Counted from the stretch's first letter, positions 45,125-56,157 are shown. The stretch is 64,000 bases of DNA from Simiduia curdlanivorans (GCF_030409605.1 NZ_JAUFQG010000004.1:540430-604429), one strand, 5' to 3'. Program-made: numbers and translations. Notes: generated by a model from the sequence alone, not told the origin.

Positions 45125-46018
45125 GTGGTATTTACCCAAGAACAAAAGCTAGGCGTGGGCCTAGCCGCCGGCGCCTTTTTGCTATGGGGCTTGTTTCCCA
45201 TTTTTCTCAAGGCGCTAAGCGTTATCGAACCGCTTGAGTTAGTTGCCCATCGAATCGCCTGGTCTTGGCTATTTGTCACCTTGGCCATCACGGTGCTGAG
45301 ACAATGGCCAAAACTGCTGGGGTTTTGCATACAGCCTAAAATGATGGCGGCGCTGTTACTGTCGACCTTATTACTCGGCTTTAACTGGTTTCTGTTTGTG
45401 TATGCTGTAAACACCAACAAAGTGCTCGAAGCCAGCCTCGCCTACTACATCAACCCACTACTTAATATGGCCTTGGGTGGCGTGTTCCTAAGTGAGCGCT
45501 TACGCCCACTGCAATGGCTTGCTGTTGTTCTGGCCTGCACGGGGGTGGGTATAGAAATCGCGGTGTTCGGCTCTGTACCCTGGCTGGCCTTAGGCATGGC
45601 GAGCTCCTTCGCGCTTTACGGCCTGATTCGAAAATTAGCGCCCATCGACAGCCTCAATGGCATGATGATCGAGTGTAGCTACCTGCTGCTCCCGGCTTTG
45701 GCCTACCTATGGCTGTTTGGCCAAGAGACACTCACCCAGCTGGAGCTCAAGCACTGGTATCTGCTACTTGTGTTCGGGCCGGTGAGCACCGTGCCGCTGA
45801 TGATGTTCGCCTCGGCGACGCGCAAGATCCAATACACCACCATCGGCTTTTTACAATACATAGGGCCAACGCTCATGTTCTTCCTCGCGGTGATGCTCTA
45901 TGACGAGCGCTTCGGCCCAGCCAAAACCGTGACCTTTAGCTTTATCTGGCTAGGTGTTTTGTGTTTCAGTGCCGACGCCCTGTACAAGCGATCTCGCTCG
46001 GGGTCAGCTCAAGCTTGA
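45125..46018 (+). CDS. rarD: EamA/DMT-family transporter RarD
   Basis: 297 aa with 10 TM helices. N-terminus GVGLAAGAFLLWGLFPIFLK and the overall pattern match RarD. Confidence 0.75.
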   Translation: MVFTQEQKLGVGLAAGAFLLWGLFPIFLKALSVIEPLELVAHRIAWSWLFVTLAITVLRQWPKLLGFCIQPKMMAALLLSTLLLGFNWFLFVYAVNTNKVLEASLAYYINPLLNMALGGVFLSERLRPLQWLAVVLACTGVGIEIAVFGSVPWLALGMASSFALYGLIRKLAPIDSLNGMMIECSYLLLPALAYLWLFGQETLTQLELKHWYLLLVFGPVSTVPLMMFASATRKIQYTTIGFLQYIGPTLMFFLAVMLYDERFGPAKTVTFSFIWLGVLCFSADALYKRSRSGSAQA

Positions 46019-46082
46019 CAATCGCCGCAAAAGAAACATACTGATATCACAATGATATCAATTTTGTTTTTGGAGTTTTGCC

Positions 46083-46940
46083 ATGCATACGGAAATTGAC
46101 GGTAAAAGCCGATCCGGCTATTTGATGATTTTGGTGTTGCTTGCGTTTCAGGGCATGGGGGTTTTCCTCATTATTACTGGGCCTATGCCAGTTAAGCTGC
46201 TGGCGTTGCTGGAATCTATTGTGGTCTTTATCTGCTGGTTCGGCCTGTACATGGTGCACCCCAATCAAGGCAAGGTACTGCAGCTATTCGGCAACTACAA
46301 AGGCACAGATCGCAGCCCCGGCCTCCGTTGGAATAACCCGCTCTATAGCAAGCGCGCGGTCAGTTTGCGGGTGCGCAACTTCGAAAGCGGCCGATTGAAA
46401 GTGAACGATGCCAACGGCAACCCCATCGAGATTGCCGCGGTAATCGTTTGGCGCGTGGTAGACACCGCCGAAGCGGTATTCGAAGTCGATGACTACGAGC
46501 ACTATGTCACCATCCAGAGCGAGGCCGCGCTGCGCAATCTCACCACCAGTTATCCCTATGAGCACGATGAAGACGACCACCGCTTAACCCTGCGCGGTCA
46601 CTCCAGTGCCATTGCCGAGAAGTTGCGCACCGAGGTGCAAGAACGCCTCGGCAAAGCCGGCGTCGACGTGCTCGAGGCGCGCTTATCGCATCTCGCCTAT
46701 GCCCCGGAGATTGCCCAAGCCATGCTCCAGCGCCAACAGGCCAGCGCCATACTGGCGGCGCGCCGGCTCATCGTTAAAGGCGCGGTGGGTATGGTTAAAG
46801 ATGCCATCGAGCAGCTCAGCGCCGAGCAGGTGGTCGAGCTAGATGACGAACGCAAAGCCGCCATGGTGAGCAATCTACTCGTGGTGCTGTGCGGAGAGCA
46901 CAACGCGCAGCCAATACTGAATGCGGGCTCGCTCTACTAA
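46083..46940 (+). CDS. SPFH/band-7 domain membrane protein
   Basis: 285 aa with two N-terminal TM helices and an SPFH core. SD sequence TGGAG lies 8 nt upstream. Confidence 0.75.
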   Translation: MHTEIDGKSRSGYLMILVLLAFQGMGVFLIITGPMPVKLLALLESIVVFICWFGLYMVHPNQGKVLQLFGNYKGTDRSPGLRWNNPLYSKRAVSLRVRNFESGRLKVNDANGNPIEIAAVIVWRVVDTAEAVFEVDDYEHYVTIQSEAALRNLTTSYPYEHDEDDHRLTLRGHSSAIAEKLRTEVQERLGKAGVDVLEARLSHLAYAPEIAQAMLQRQQASAILAARRLIVKGAVGMVKDAIEQLSAEQVVELDDERKAAMVSNLLVVLCGEHNAQPILNAGSLY

Positions 46941-47015
46941 TTTAGGTGCAAGCGCTAACCGCTAATTCTTAGACCGATGGGCGCCCCAAGCGCCCAGTTT
47001 AAATAAGGGACAGTT

Positions 47016-47219
47016 GTGGCCAAAAAAGCCTATCCGCTTCGCATTAATGAATCCGTTATCAATGCTATGCAGCGTTGGGCGGATGACGATTTGCGCAGCC
47101 TAAATGCTCAAATTGAGTATGTGTTAAGGGAAGCACTGGTTAAGAGCGGCCGTGTGAAACTGGTGCAATCGGTCGTCACCGAGCTCGAGCCGATTGAGCC
47201 CAACCAAACACCTGAATAA
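47016..47219 (+). CDS. Arc/MetJ-type ribbon-helix-helix DNA-binding protein
   Basis: 67 aa. The N-terminal beta-strand KAYPLRINESV is followed by two helices. Confidence 0.55.
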   Translation: MAKKAYPLRINESVINAMQRWADDDLRSLNAQIEYVLREALVKSGRVKLVQSVVTELEPIEPNQTPE

Positions 47220-47490
47220 ACACCCTTAGCCTTAAGCCCCATGCCCCTTCCAGCTCTGCCCGCGCGCTTGATAATCGGTTACCGATACTGTTCTGCTACA
47301 TAAAACAACGCTCACTCATGTGGCTAGGCAAGCCTTTAAGCGACGATCTAAGGCTGAGTCACACAACCTAAAACAAAATTTTATGTCGCTAAGTTATTGA
47401 TTTATAGTGAGTGTCAGGTTTTTGTCGGGTTCGAGGCGTGGTTGTCGGGATAGGGGTTTCACTAGTCTGGCCACACAGCAAGGAGGACAC

Positions 47491-47979
47491 ATGATTATCA
47501 GGAAACTACGTTTACAAAAGGGCTGGTCGCAGGAGCAGCTCGCCGAACTCTCCGGCCTTTCCGTGCGCACCATACAGCGCATCGAAAGAGGCCAGTCAGC
47601 CGGGCTTGAAACACTGAAATCCCTCGCTGCTGTATTTAACGTTGAACTATCAACCTTACAGCCAGAGGTAACACCTATGTCAGAATCCAGCGACACCAAA
47701 ATAACGCCCTCGCTCTCGACAGACGAGCGAGATGCGATCGAATATGTACGGGACTTAAAAGGTTTCTATTCGAATTTAACCACCTATATTTTAGTAATTG
47801 GCTTCCTATTCTTCATCAATCTCACCACCAGCCCCGGCAATATTTGGGCTTGGTGGCCGGCCTTGGGTTGGGGTATCGGCATTGTGGTGCACGCGCTTAA
47901 CGTATTCGAAGTGAGCGATATGTTTGGTGCCGATTGGGAGCGGAAGCAGGTCGAGAAACGCCTCGGCCGTAAACTTTAA
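47491..47979 (+). CDS. XRE-family HTH regulator fused to a C-terminal 2TM domain
   Basis: Strong SD AAGGAGG upstream. HTH (IRKLRLQKGWSQEQLAELSGLSVRTIQRIERG), then two TM helices (YILVIGFLFFINL, WWPALGWGIGIVVHAL). Confidence 0.7.
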   Translation: MIIRKLRLQKGWSQEQLAELSGLSVRTIQRIERGQSAGLETLKSLAAVFNVELSTLQPEVTPMSESSDTKITPSLSTDERDAIEYVRDLKGFYSNLTTYILVIGFLFFINLTTSPGNIWAWWPALGWGIGIVVHALNVFEVSDMFGADWERKQVEKRLGRKL

Positions 47980-48018
47980 CTAACGCCTTGCGAACAGCCT
48001 AAAAGCTTGGAGATCGCA

Positions 48019-48381
48019 ATGAACGAACATGAAAAACTCAACTATGTGGAGTGGCCGGCGGCCAATATCGCCGCCACCAAGCAGTTTTTTGAAGCGGCTT
48101 TTGATTGGCAATTTACCGATTACGGGCCGGATTACGCGGCCTTTAATCATCAAGGCCTCGAGGGTGGGTTTTACGCGGCGCCACTACATTCCCGCTCAGA
48201 CCGGGGTGGCGCTTTGCTGGTTTTCTTCAGCGATGACTTAGAGCAAACCTTGGCCAAAGTGGAGCGCCATGGCGGCCAGGTATGCAAGCCAATTTTTGAC
48301 TTCCCCAGCGGCAGGCGCTTTCACTTTCTCGAGCCGAGTGGCAATGAATTAGCGGTGTGGTCAGACAAAGCGGGAGGGTAA
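48019..48381 (+). CDS. VOC/glyoxalase-family protein
   Basis: ~120 aa with SD GGAGA upstream. Typical paired beta-alpha-beta-beta-beta modules (FHFLEPSGNELAVW). Confidence 0.7.
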   Translation: MNEHEKLNYVEWPAANIAATKQFFEAAFDWQFTDYGPDYAAFNHQGLEGGFYAAPLHSRSDRGGALLVFFSDDLEQTLAKVERHGGQVCKPIFDFPSGRRFHFLEPSGNELAVWSDKAGG

Positions 48382-48476
48382 AACCAACCATCGAACGATT
48401 AAAAGCGATGAGCCCGAGTTAATATATCGATGGTTATATTTGGCCGGTTTTGCGCCACTGGGTTAACGCGACCAAA

Positions 48477-48971
48477 TTAAATGGCGCCGCCGTTTCGGCG
48501 GTAATCCAAAATTACCTGCTCCAGCGCCCCCACGTCGGGAATGGAGCAGATCTCACCTTCTAGGTCGACGCGGATACGCTCGAATGGCATCGTCTGCACG
48601 CCTTCTACTTCATGGATGATACTGGCCAACACGCGACTCAAGCGCGGAATACCCTGGGTCTGAATGGCAAAAAAAGGCAAATCGTCGTTAACGCCGGTAT
48701 TATTAAAAACGGCGATACGGGTGCGTGGGCCAATGTCGCCAATGGCTTCGCCGCGCAGCGCTTCCAATGAAATCAACGGCAGTTTTTGCTTGCGCCATTC
48801 AAAAACCCCTAACAGCCACTCGGGCGCATCGGCAACGAGTTCGGGACGAGCATAGGGAACAATTTCCGCAATTGAAACGGTAGGCGCTAGCATCGCATGC
48901 TCGCTCATGGGCAAGATAAGGCTTGGGATATCCATGGCCATTTGATTTTCGATGGCTGCTTTTGCTTTCAT
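48477..48971 (-). CDS. chpC: CheW-like coupling protein ChpC
   Basis: 164-aa CheW-like domain downstream of chpB in the conserved Pil-Chp operon order. Confidence 0.8.
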   Translation of the reverse strand: MKAKAAIENQMAMDIPSLILPMSEHAMLAPTVSIAEIVPYARPELVADAPEWLLGVFEWRKQKLPLISLEALRGEAIGDIGPRTRIAVFNNTGVNDDLPFFAIQTQGIPRLSRVLASIIHEVEGVQTMPFERIRVDLEGEICSIPDVGALEQVILDYRRNGGAI

Positions 48972-49020
48972 ATTTTTGCCTGAGTTCTATTAAATGCACC
49001 CTACCCGGGTAAAACCAATC

Positions 49021-49929
49021 CTACTGCCTTAACGATAGCTGTTTACGAGCGACAAACTCAGCGGCCAAGGCCTTAGGATCGCCCTCAAAGCTCACCACAC
49101 CGGTGCCGCGCACTTCGTCGGGCATACTCGACACGGTGCAGCTAATCGCCGACTGCGCCCAAACTGTACCACCTTGTTGACGCATGAGGCGAACCGCCGC
49201 CTTGCCATCATCGCCCATGCCGGTAAACACAATAACACCGGACTTGGCACCGTATATTGACGCTACGTTTGCGACTATCTGATTGATAGCCGGTTTATAG
49301 CTACCAGACCAAGGCTTCGGGTTTACCACGAGCGATCCGTTCGCCTGAACCTCCGCCTGCTCATCTGGCCTTATAATCAATACTTGATTGTTCGCAATCA
49401 CAGCGCCATTCACGGCCAAAATCGCCGAAAACTTTGTGCCCTTGCTGATTGCCTGAGCAAGGTTGACATCAAAACCTTGATCAATGTGTTGCGCGTAAAT
49501 AAACGCGATATTCAGACCTAAAGGCAACTCGCTTAAAAATAACTTCACCGCCGCGGGCCCGCCGGTTGACGCGGCTAATACCCATACCTCATCCGGCACT
49601 TCGACCCTACTTGCCACATTCACCATGCCTGGGATTTGACGCAACTTACTCGACACTCGCCGGTGCCAATTAGCATCTTGCACAAACTGGCCATCGTCAA
49701 AAATCACTGGTACATCAAGGCTTTTCAGCCAATCTTCAGCGGCCGGATTTTCGCCCTCGCCATCGAGAACAACCACCCAAGCATCGGCAATAATGGCATC
49801 GATATTTTCGCGCTTATTGCAGTCCAGAACAGCGCTAACCAGATAACCTTGCTCAACAATGACCTTATTGTAAATTCCTTTCAAATCGGGACATTCCAAC
49901 AACAACCCGATTCGTAATTGATCTTTCAA
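49021..49929 (-). CDS. chpB: chemoreceptor glutamine deamidase/methylesterase ChpB (CheB-like)
   Basis: 302 aa with a degenerate receiver and a CheB methylesterase domain (LAASTGGPAAV, IVFTGMGDDG). Confidence 0.85.
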   Translation of the reverse strand: MKDQLRIGLLLECPDLKGIYNKVIVEQGYLVSAVLDCNKRENIDAIIADAWVVVLDGEGENPAAEDWLKSLDVPVIFDDGQFVQDANWHRRVSSKLRQIPGMVNVASRVEVPDEVWVLAASTGGPAAVKLFLSELPLGLNIAFIYAQHIDQGFDVNLAQAISKGTKFSAILAVNGAVIANNQVLIIRPDEQAEVQANGSLVVNPKPWSGSYKPAINQIVANVASIYGAKSGVIVFTGMGDDGKAAVRLMRQQGGTVWAQSAISCTVSSMPDEVRGTGVVSFEGDPKALAAEFVARKQLSLRQ

Positions 49930-49968
49930 ACTGACTCTTCCTTGAATCCACTGTCACGCGCTGGTGAG

Positions 49969-52900
49969 TTAGTGTTGATTCTCACCACTCAACTCGCGAA
50001 TATTGGCCAACAGGCCATCCTCTTGATAGGGTTTACCCATATATTTATTGACCCCCAAACTAAAGGCGCGCTCGCGGTGTTTATCACCAGTGCGCGAGGT
50101 GATCATAATGATGGGAATGTGCTTCAAGCGACTGGTCGAGCGAATATTTTTCGCAACTTCGAAGCCATCCATGCGCGGCATTTCAATATCCAGCAACATC
50201 ACATCGGGGATAACATCTTGTAAAATCCTCAACGCATCGGCGCCATCTTTTGCGGTAATCACGTTATAGCCTTCGCGCTCCAGGAACCGGCTGGTTACTT
50301 TACGCACCGTTACCGAGTCATCCACCACCATGACTAGGCGCGCAGAATCCTCCTCGTCTACCGACGATGGTGCGTTTAACAACTGCGCCTGTGTAAGACT
50401 AAGCGCCGCCTCCTTACGAATCATGGCGTGTAGATCCAAAATCACCACAACACTACCATCACCCATAACCGTGGCACCGGATAAACCTTGCACGGTGCTG
50501 AATTGGTGGCCCAAGGTCTTTACCACAATTTCCCGGCTACCCATTAGCGTATCAACTTGCAAGGCCACCGCGTGTTCAGAGCTGCGCACCAAGATTACCG
50601 GTAGCGGCAATGCATGGCCTTCTAACTTAGGCCTTAGATCTTTATTAAGCATATTACCCAAATAGCGCACGCGATAATTTTCGCCGGCGTATTCAAAGCG
50701 CGCATCTGCGTCTTGATAATAATGCTCCAACTCGAATGGGCTGACGCGCACAATACCTTCAATAGTATTCAACGGGATAGCGTAGCGGTCGTCGCCGATT
50801 AACACCATCAAGGCGCGGTTTACCGATACCGTAAACGGCAAGCGAATAACGAACTCTGTGCCCTCGCCATAGCGCGAGTCGATATACATCGCACCGCCTA
50901 GCTGTTTAATCTCCGAGTGCACCACGTCCATGCCGACGCCGCGACCGGAAATTTGTGTGACCTTCTCGGCGGTAGTAAAACCCGCAGACAAAATAAACTG
51001 CATGATTTCCTGATCGCTTAACTTTGCATCCGCCGCCATTAAACCGCGCTCGATGGCCTTAGCTTTTACCCGATCAAGATTAATGCCCCGACCATCGTCA
51101 GCTAACCGCAGTACCACGTCGCCACCTTCGCGACCCAAGCTTAAAACAATCCGTCCTTCGCTATCTTTGCCTGCTGCCTGACGGCCAGCGGCATCTTCAA
51201 TCCCGTGATCCACTGCATTGCGCAGCATATGCTCTAAAGGCGCAACCATGCGCTCCAACACCGAGCGATCCATTTCGCCTTCGGCGTTATCCAGTTCGAA
51301 ACTTACTTGTTTATCTAGCTCCGTGGCGACCTGGCGTACAATACGGCGCAGCCTTGGCACCAAGCGTGAAAATGGCACCATGCGCGAGCGCATGAGGCCC
51401 TCTTGCAAATCGGTATTAATGCGCGACTGCTGCAATAAAAGCGTTTCGGCGTCACGGGTTTTATCGGTCAGCGTGCTCTTCAAATCCAGCAAGTCCGACG
51501 CCGACTCGATCAAAGACTTTGAGAGCTGTTGCAACTGCGAGTAGCGATCCATTTCTAGCGGATCGAAATCTTCCGTATCTTGCAATTGTTCTTGACGGAA
51601 AATAATTTGCGCTTCGGTTTCAATATCTAAGCGGCGTAACTGTTCCTGCAAACGCGAAATGGTGGATTCCATTTCGTCAATGGCAACGCCAATCTCACTA
51701 ACCTGCTCTTCCATTCGACCGCGCGAGATAGATGTTTCACCGGCGAGGTTTACGAGGTCTTCCAGCAGATCCGCGGATATTTTTACCACTTCCTGAGGTT
51801 GATTGCGCTTAACGGCTAGCTGCGCTGCAGCCCTGCTCTGCTTGCTTGCCTCTTTCGACTTAGTGCCGGCCACCGAGGGCGCCGGTGCGCGAGGATTAAA
51901 CGGGATAACATCCGCAGAGGTATAAGATTTATGCGGCACGACTTGCTGGCTAGGTTGTTGTGCCGGTTTTGGCTCAACCCTATCTGCAACAACTTGTGGC
52001 GGCTCCGCATCTGCGGCTTGATCGTCTTCATCATTAGCTGAGGGCTGTGTCGCAGCCGCGGCGCTCTCTTCCGCCGCGCCCAGTGACGACAAATCGGTTT
52101 TTGCCGATTTATCGATGGCACGCATAGCTTCGGCTAGGCCTTCGGGCTCATAGCTTTGTACCGCGACCCTGACCTTCTCAGTGCCATTTAACAAGAGATC
52201 TTGATACTGATGCATTACCTCAAACAGCTGTGCGTCAACTTCAACACCGTTGTTTTCTCTGCCTATTAAGTAGGTTTCGAACTCATGAGAAATATCACCC
52301 AAGCCTGTGAGACCAGCCAGACGAGCACCACCTTTTAAGGTGTGCAGGATTCGCTTCAGCTCATCTAAATAGGTACTGCTGGCCCAATCTTCAGACCATC
52401 CATTAATAGCGTGATCCGTTTCTTCGAGTAGTTCATCCGCTTCTTCCAGAAAAATTTCAAAAATTTCCGGATCAATTTCTTCTTCGGCAATATCCGAGTC
52501 GTGCTCTTCAATAGTTACTGAAACACTGGGTGAATCTGCTTCTGCTTCTGCTTCTGCTTCTGCTTCTGCTTCTGCTTCCAGTATATTTAACCCGGTATCT
52601 TCTGTTTCAATAACTTGGTCATAGCTTTCAATAATAAACGGGGTAGGATCGTCTTCGGCTTCCAGCTCGACATCCTGAACATCAGGCAGGGAAAGCTCTA
52701 ATTCCTCGGGTTCGATAACAGAGTCGTTCGAAGAATAATCTAAGCTGATGTCTGCTTCGCTTTCTGGCTCGGCTTCCAGCGCTTCCGAAGGCAGCGTAAA
52801 AACAATGTCTTCTTCCGATTCTTCCGGCAAAAGATCAGCGGGAATTTCACCCTCCAGCTCAATCGGTGCCAAGGAGACTAAAGACACCATAATATCATCG

Positions 52901-55900
52901 GAAACGGGGGCGATATTCTGACCGGCAGCTACCGCATCAACCATGTCCAACAAGGCATCGTGGCCGGTATGTAAAATGCCATACCCAACCTCATCAATCG
53001 TAACCTGACCAGCCGCTACACCTTCGTACACTTGCTTAAGCTGACCACTCAAGCCGCTCATCTGCACAAGGTTGGCGTGTTCGGCACCGCGCTCTAAATT
53101 TTCTAACTCGTGACACAGGGCCGCCATTTGTTCGGCGACAACACCCTCTTCCTGCCAGGCGCGAAGCATGTCATCGGCACCCAATAGAAGATTCATTTCC
53201 TCCGCCATAAAAATGCTAAGCAATTCAGGATCTACTTTTTTCTTACCCTGAATTTCGGCTTCTTGCTGGCGAATAAGCGGACCAACCGACAGCTCTTTTA
53301 GCTCGGCCACACGCGCAATAAACTGTTGCAAATGTGGAAACTCGACTTCCCTACCGGCGGAAATATTTTCCAGCGCGGCGCGGGTATAAGTAACGGCGTC
53401 GCCAATGAGCTGCAGAATGTCCTCATCGATATTGACTTGGTAAGAGCGCAATTCTTTTACGAAGCGCTCTAGCGGCGTCGCCATTTCAGCAATCGATGCT
53501 ACATCTGCCATATGCGCGCTACCCTTTAAGGTATGCAAGGCGCGCTGTAGGTTTTCGCTGGGCGGGGTATATAAAGGCGCCTGCTCTTGCATTTCGAGCA
53601 CGAAAGCTTCCACCTCTTCGAGGTGGGTGTTAGCTTCGGAACCAAATATTTCCCAAAGCATGGAGTCCGGCTCGTTATCGTCATCTTCGACAACGGGCGC
53701 TGGCGCACTTGGCTCGACCCCAGCCAACAACTCGGCGGGAATATTGCCCTTCGATAAACTCTCAGCCCACTCGCGATACTGAGTCGCTGCCACTTGGTCT
53801 GGCACCGGCTTTTTCTCTTGGAAAGCATTGATCATGCCGGGAAAAAGGGCAACCACTCGCTCAATTAGATCCAGGTGAATGGTGTTCGGCTCGATGCTGC
53901 CATCGATAATGCGATTCAGCATATTTTCGATGGACCACGCCAGCTCACCGATGTCCATGGCCTTAACCATGCGGCCCGAACCCTTCAGTGTATGGAATGC
54001 CCGCCTAAATTCTGTGAGCGCTTCCTGATCATTGAAATCTTCCTTCCAGCGCGGGAAGAATTCATTGATTGTTTCAATAACCTCTTCTGCTTCTTCGATA
54101 AAGATTTCACGAATTTCTTCGTCGACTTCGTCTTCATCATCGACAACGGTTTCGGCGACGGGGGTAACGGTGGCCTCAACTGGATCATGCGGCTCACTAA
54201 CAGGCTCAAAGGCGGAATCTTCCAGCTCAATCGATTCAGCGTCGGTCTGTTCAGCGTCATATTGTGGAGCTGTTTTGAGATCAGCACCTGCGTCGTCTGT
54301 TTCGTTATCTTCAAGCGCCTGGCCTAATTCAACGCTAGGGGCTTCCGTGCTTGCCGAGGGCTTTGCCGCTTCCGGCACAGGCACATTCATATCCACATCT
54401 TCGACGCCGGCCATCTTTTTCAAGACGCTCTCTGCATTGCTCGATGCTGGGGTAGCCTCAGTTTTTAATTTGCTGGCCGCAACGGCGTAACCTAAGGCCT
54501 CAACACTCTCTTCCGCAACACTGAGCAGAAGGTCATCATCTTCCTCTAGGTCGCCACCGAGGCGCTCTAAATAATATTCAACACTGGTAATTGCATCGGC
54601 CAAAATATCTAAGGTTGACCATTCGGGTGGCGTGTTTGCACCCAGCAATTTTTCTTCGACAAAACGCGCGCAAGCACCAATAATTCGAGCCGGCCTCGGT
54701 AGCGGCACCATGTCTAAACCGCCGCGAATCTCGCGCAGCATGTTGGGTACGTTACCTAGGTGCGACTGACCCCACTGAGACGCGATATATTCGATGACTG
54801 CATCTTTGGCCTGCTCTAAACCGTTGCGACACTCACGCAACACCTGCTCTTGCGCTTCGTTCAAATTGATATCGCGCAAGGGCACTTGACCGGTGGCGGT
54901 ACCTGCATTTCGCGCTAGGTTTTGCAGCCCGTTTTCAACATCAATAATTTCGCCGGCAACCCCCATTAACACCTCGTGGGTTAGGGTATCGGGCTGCTGA
55001 ATAGCGCGATCGAGCACCGATGTCTGCGCTAAGATTTTTTGCCTGAGCGAACCTAAGCCCAACACCGCAAGGGTGTCGGCTACGCGCTTCAACACCGGCA
55101 GGGCGTCTTGAACATAGGCCGTCGAGTTTTCACCGGTTAGGCACATATCCATGGCGTGCTTGATGATATCGAGCTCGTCGCCAATAGCGGCCACAACACT
55201 GCGCATGGCATCGCCATCAGGGCCACTCAGCAAATCTTCGGCGTCCGGGTCTTCCGATTTTTCAGTTGGCAGCGCTTCGTCTAAACGATACTTTGCTTTG
55301 ATATTGCTCAGCTGGGGCGTGCGCGATTCAGCGCGGGCAATGTAATAGAGTAAATTCTTTAGCAGTTCGTGTGGCGAACCAGCCTTTAATGCCTTCAAGC
55401 CATGTACTGAAAGCACTTTTATTTCGCGATCGAGTTGGCGCAGTAGATTTTTAACGGAGACGCTGGCTTCAATTGAGTCGTTTTGCAAACCTTCAATCAG
55501 CGCGAGCGAAATTTCCCACAGCGGTTGACGCGCAGTACCCTGCGTTAGCTTGTGAAGTTTGCTAAAAACTTTTTGTAGGTAGGCTAAACTTTCATCGGCT
55601 TTGACGCCGCGAATAACACCCGCGGCGGCCATTTGATACATCTGCCGCAGCTTAGTGACCATGACGACAAATTGTTTGGCGTCTTCTGCAAGCGGAATGC
55701 GCTGGCCGGTAATTTTCTTTGCCGCGCTCATGTCGGGCGTAAACAGCTGGGTTTCGGTGAGCAAACTTTCGCCACGCACGGCACGTAAATCATTCAATAA
55801 TGGCAGCACCATTGCGGGCTGATCTTTACGGCTGTTTTTTATGTGTTCTAGATAGAGCGGCAACTGCAAAATGGCCCGCATCAGGACTTCTTGCCCCTCG

Positions 55901-56157
55901 GACTCATTTTTAACCAAGCCATTCATTAATGCTTGCGCCAGCTGCTCCATCTCTTCAGCCATCAGCGCTGCGCCATAGAACTCCACCATTTTAAGGGAGC
56001 CGTGCACTTGATGGATGTGAGTTAAGCAAAACCGAATACGGGTAGCGTCTTTCGAGTTTTCAACATAGGCCTCGAGAGCTTGGCGCGCCTGCTTAAGCGA
56101 CTCGCCAATTTCTCCTATCACCCAATCCAGGGCTGCAAAGTTACGGTTGTCTCCCAA
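49969..56157 (-). CDS. chpA: multi-Hpt hybrid histidine kinase ChpA (CheA-like) with C-terminal CheY receiver
   Basis: 2062 aa: repeated Hpt modules (HTLKGSA x several), dimerisation and HATPase domains (GRGVGMDVV), a CheW-like domain and a terminal REC (VDDSVTVRK...LLDIEMPRMDG). Confidence 0.9.
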   Translation of the reverse strand: MGDNRNFAALDWVIGEIGESLKQARQALEAYVENSKDATRIRFCLTHIHQVHGSLKMVEFYGAALMAEEMEQLAQALMNGLVKNESEGQEVLMRAILQLPLYLEHIKNSRKDQPAMVLPLLNDLRAVRGESLLTETQLFTPDMSAAKKITGQRIPLAEDAKQFVVMVTKLRQMYQMAAAGVIRGVKADESLAYLQKVFSKLHKLTQGTARQPLWEISLALIEGLQNDSIEASVSVKNLLRQLDREIKVLSVHGLKALKAGSPHELLKNLLYYIARAESRTPQLSNIKAKYRLDEALPTEKSEDPDAEDLLSGPDGDAMRSVVAAIGDELDIIKHAMDMCLTGENSTAYVQDALPVLKRVADTLAVLGLGSLRQKILAQTSVLDRAIQQPDTLTHEVLMGVAGEIIDVENGLQNLARNAGTATGQVPLRDINLNEAQEQVLRECRNGLEQAKDAVIEYIASQWGQSHLGNVPNMLREIRGGLDMVPLPRPARIIGACARFVEEKLLGANTPPEWSTLDILADAITSVEYYLERLGGDLEEDDDLLLSVAEESVEALGYAVAASKLKTEATPASSNAESVLKKMAGVEDVDMNVPVPEAAKPSASTEAPSVELGQALEDNETDDAGADLKTAPQYDAEQTDAESIELEDSAFEPVSEPHDPVEATVTPVAETVVDDEDEVDEEIREIFIEEAEEVIETINEFFPRWKEDFNDQEALTEFRRAFHTLKGSGRMVKAMDIGELAWSIENMLNRIIDGSIEPNTIHLDLIERVVALFPGMINAFQEKKPVPDQVAATQYREWAESLSKGNIPAELLAGVEPSAPAPVVEDDDNEPDSMLWEIFGSEANTHLEEVEAFVLEMQEQAPLYTPPSENLQRALHTLKGSAHMADVASIAEMATPLERFVKELRSYQVNIDEDILQLIGDAVTYTRAALENISAGREVEFPHLQQFIARVAELKELSVGPLIRQQEAEIQGKKKVDPELLSIFMAEEMNLLLGADDMLRAWQEEGVVAEQMAALCHELENLERGAEHANLVQMSGLSGQLKQVYEGVAAGQVTIDEVGYGILHTGHDALLDMVDAVAAGQNIAPVSDDIMVSLVSLAPIELEGEIPADLLPEESEEDIVFTLPSEALEAEPESEADISLDYSSNDSVIEPEELELSLPDVQDVELEAEDDPTPFIIESYDQVIETEDTGLNILEAEAEAEAEAEAEADSPSVSVTIEEHDSDIAEEEIDPEIFEIFLEEADELLEETDHAINGWSEDWASSTYLDELKRILHTLKGGARLAGLTGLGDISHEFETYLIGRENNGVEVDAQLFEVMHQYQDLLLNGTEKVRVAVQSYEPEGLAEAMRAIDKSAKTDLSSLGAAEESAAAATQPSANDEDDQAADAEPPQVVADRVEPKPAQQPSQQVVPHKSYTSADVIPFNPRAPAPSVAGTKSKEASKQSRAAAQLAVKRNQPQEVVKISADLLEDLVNLAGETSISRGRMEEQVSEIGVAIDEMESTISRLQEQLRRLDIETEAQIIFRQEQLQDTEDFDPLEMDRYSQLQQLSKSLIESASDLLDLKSTLTDKTRDAETLLLQQSRINTDLQEGLMRSRMVPFSRLVPRLRRIVRQVATELDKQVSFELDNAEGEMDRSVLERMVAPLEHMLRNAVDHGIEDAAGRQAAGKDSEGRIVLSLGREGGDVVLRLADDGRGINLDRVKAKAIERGLMAADAKLSDQEIMQFILSAGFTTAEKVTQISGRGVGMDVVHSEIKQLGGAMYIDSRYGEGTEFVIRLPFTVSVNRALMVLIGDDRYAIPLNTIEGIVRVSPFELEHYYQDADARFEYAGENYRVRYLGNMLNKDLRPKLEGHALPLPVILVRSSEHAVALQVDTLMGSREIVVKTLGHQFSTVQGLSGATVMGDGSVVVILDLHAMIRKEAALSLTQAQLLNAPSSVDEEDSARLVMVVDDSVTVRKVTSRFLEREGYNVITAKDGADALRILQDVIPDVMLLDIEMPRMDGFEVAKNIRSTSRLKHIPIIMITSRTGDKHRERAFSLGVNKYMGKPYQEDGLLANIRELSGENQH
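52536..52579. repeat. (GCTTCT)7 hexamer microsatellite inside chpA encoding an (AE)n tract
   Basis: ctgcttctgcttctgcttctgcttctgcttctgcttctgcttcc on the plus strand corresponds to ILEAEAEAEAEAEAEAD in ChpA. Confidence 0.8.
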
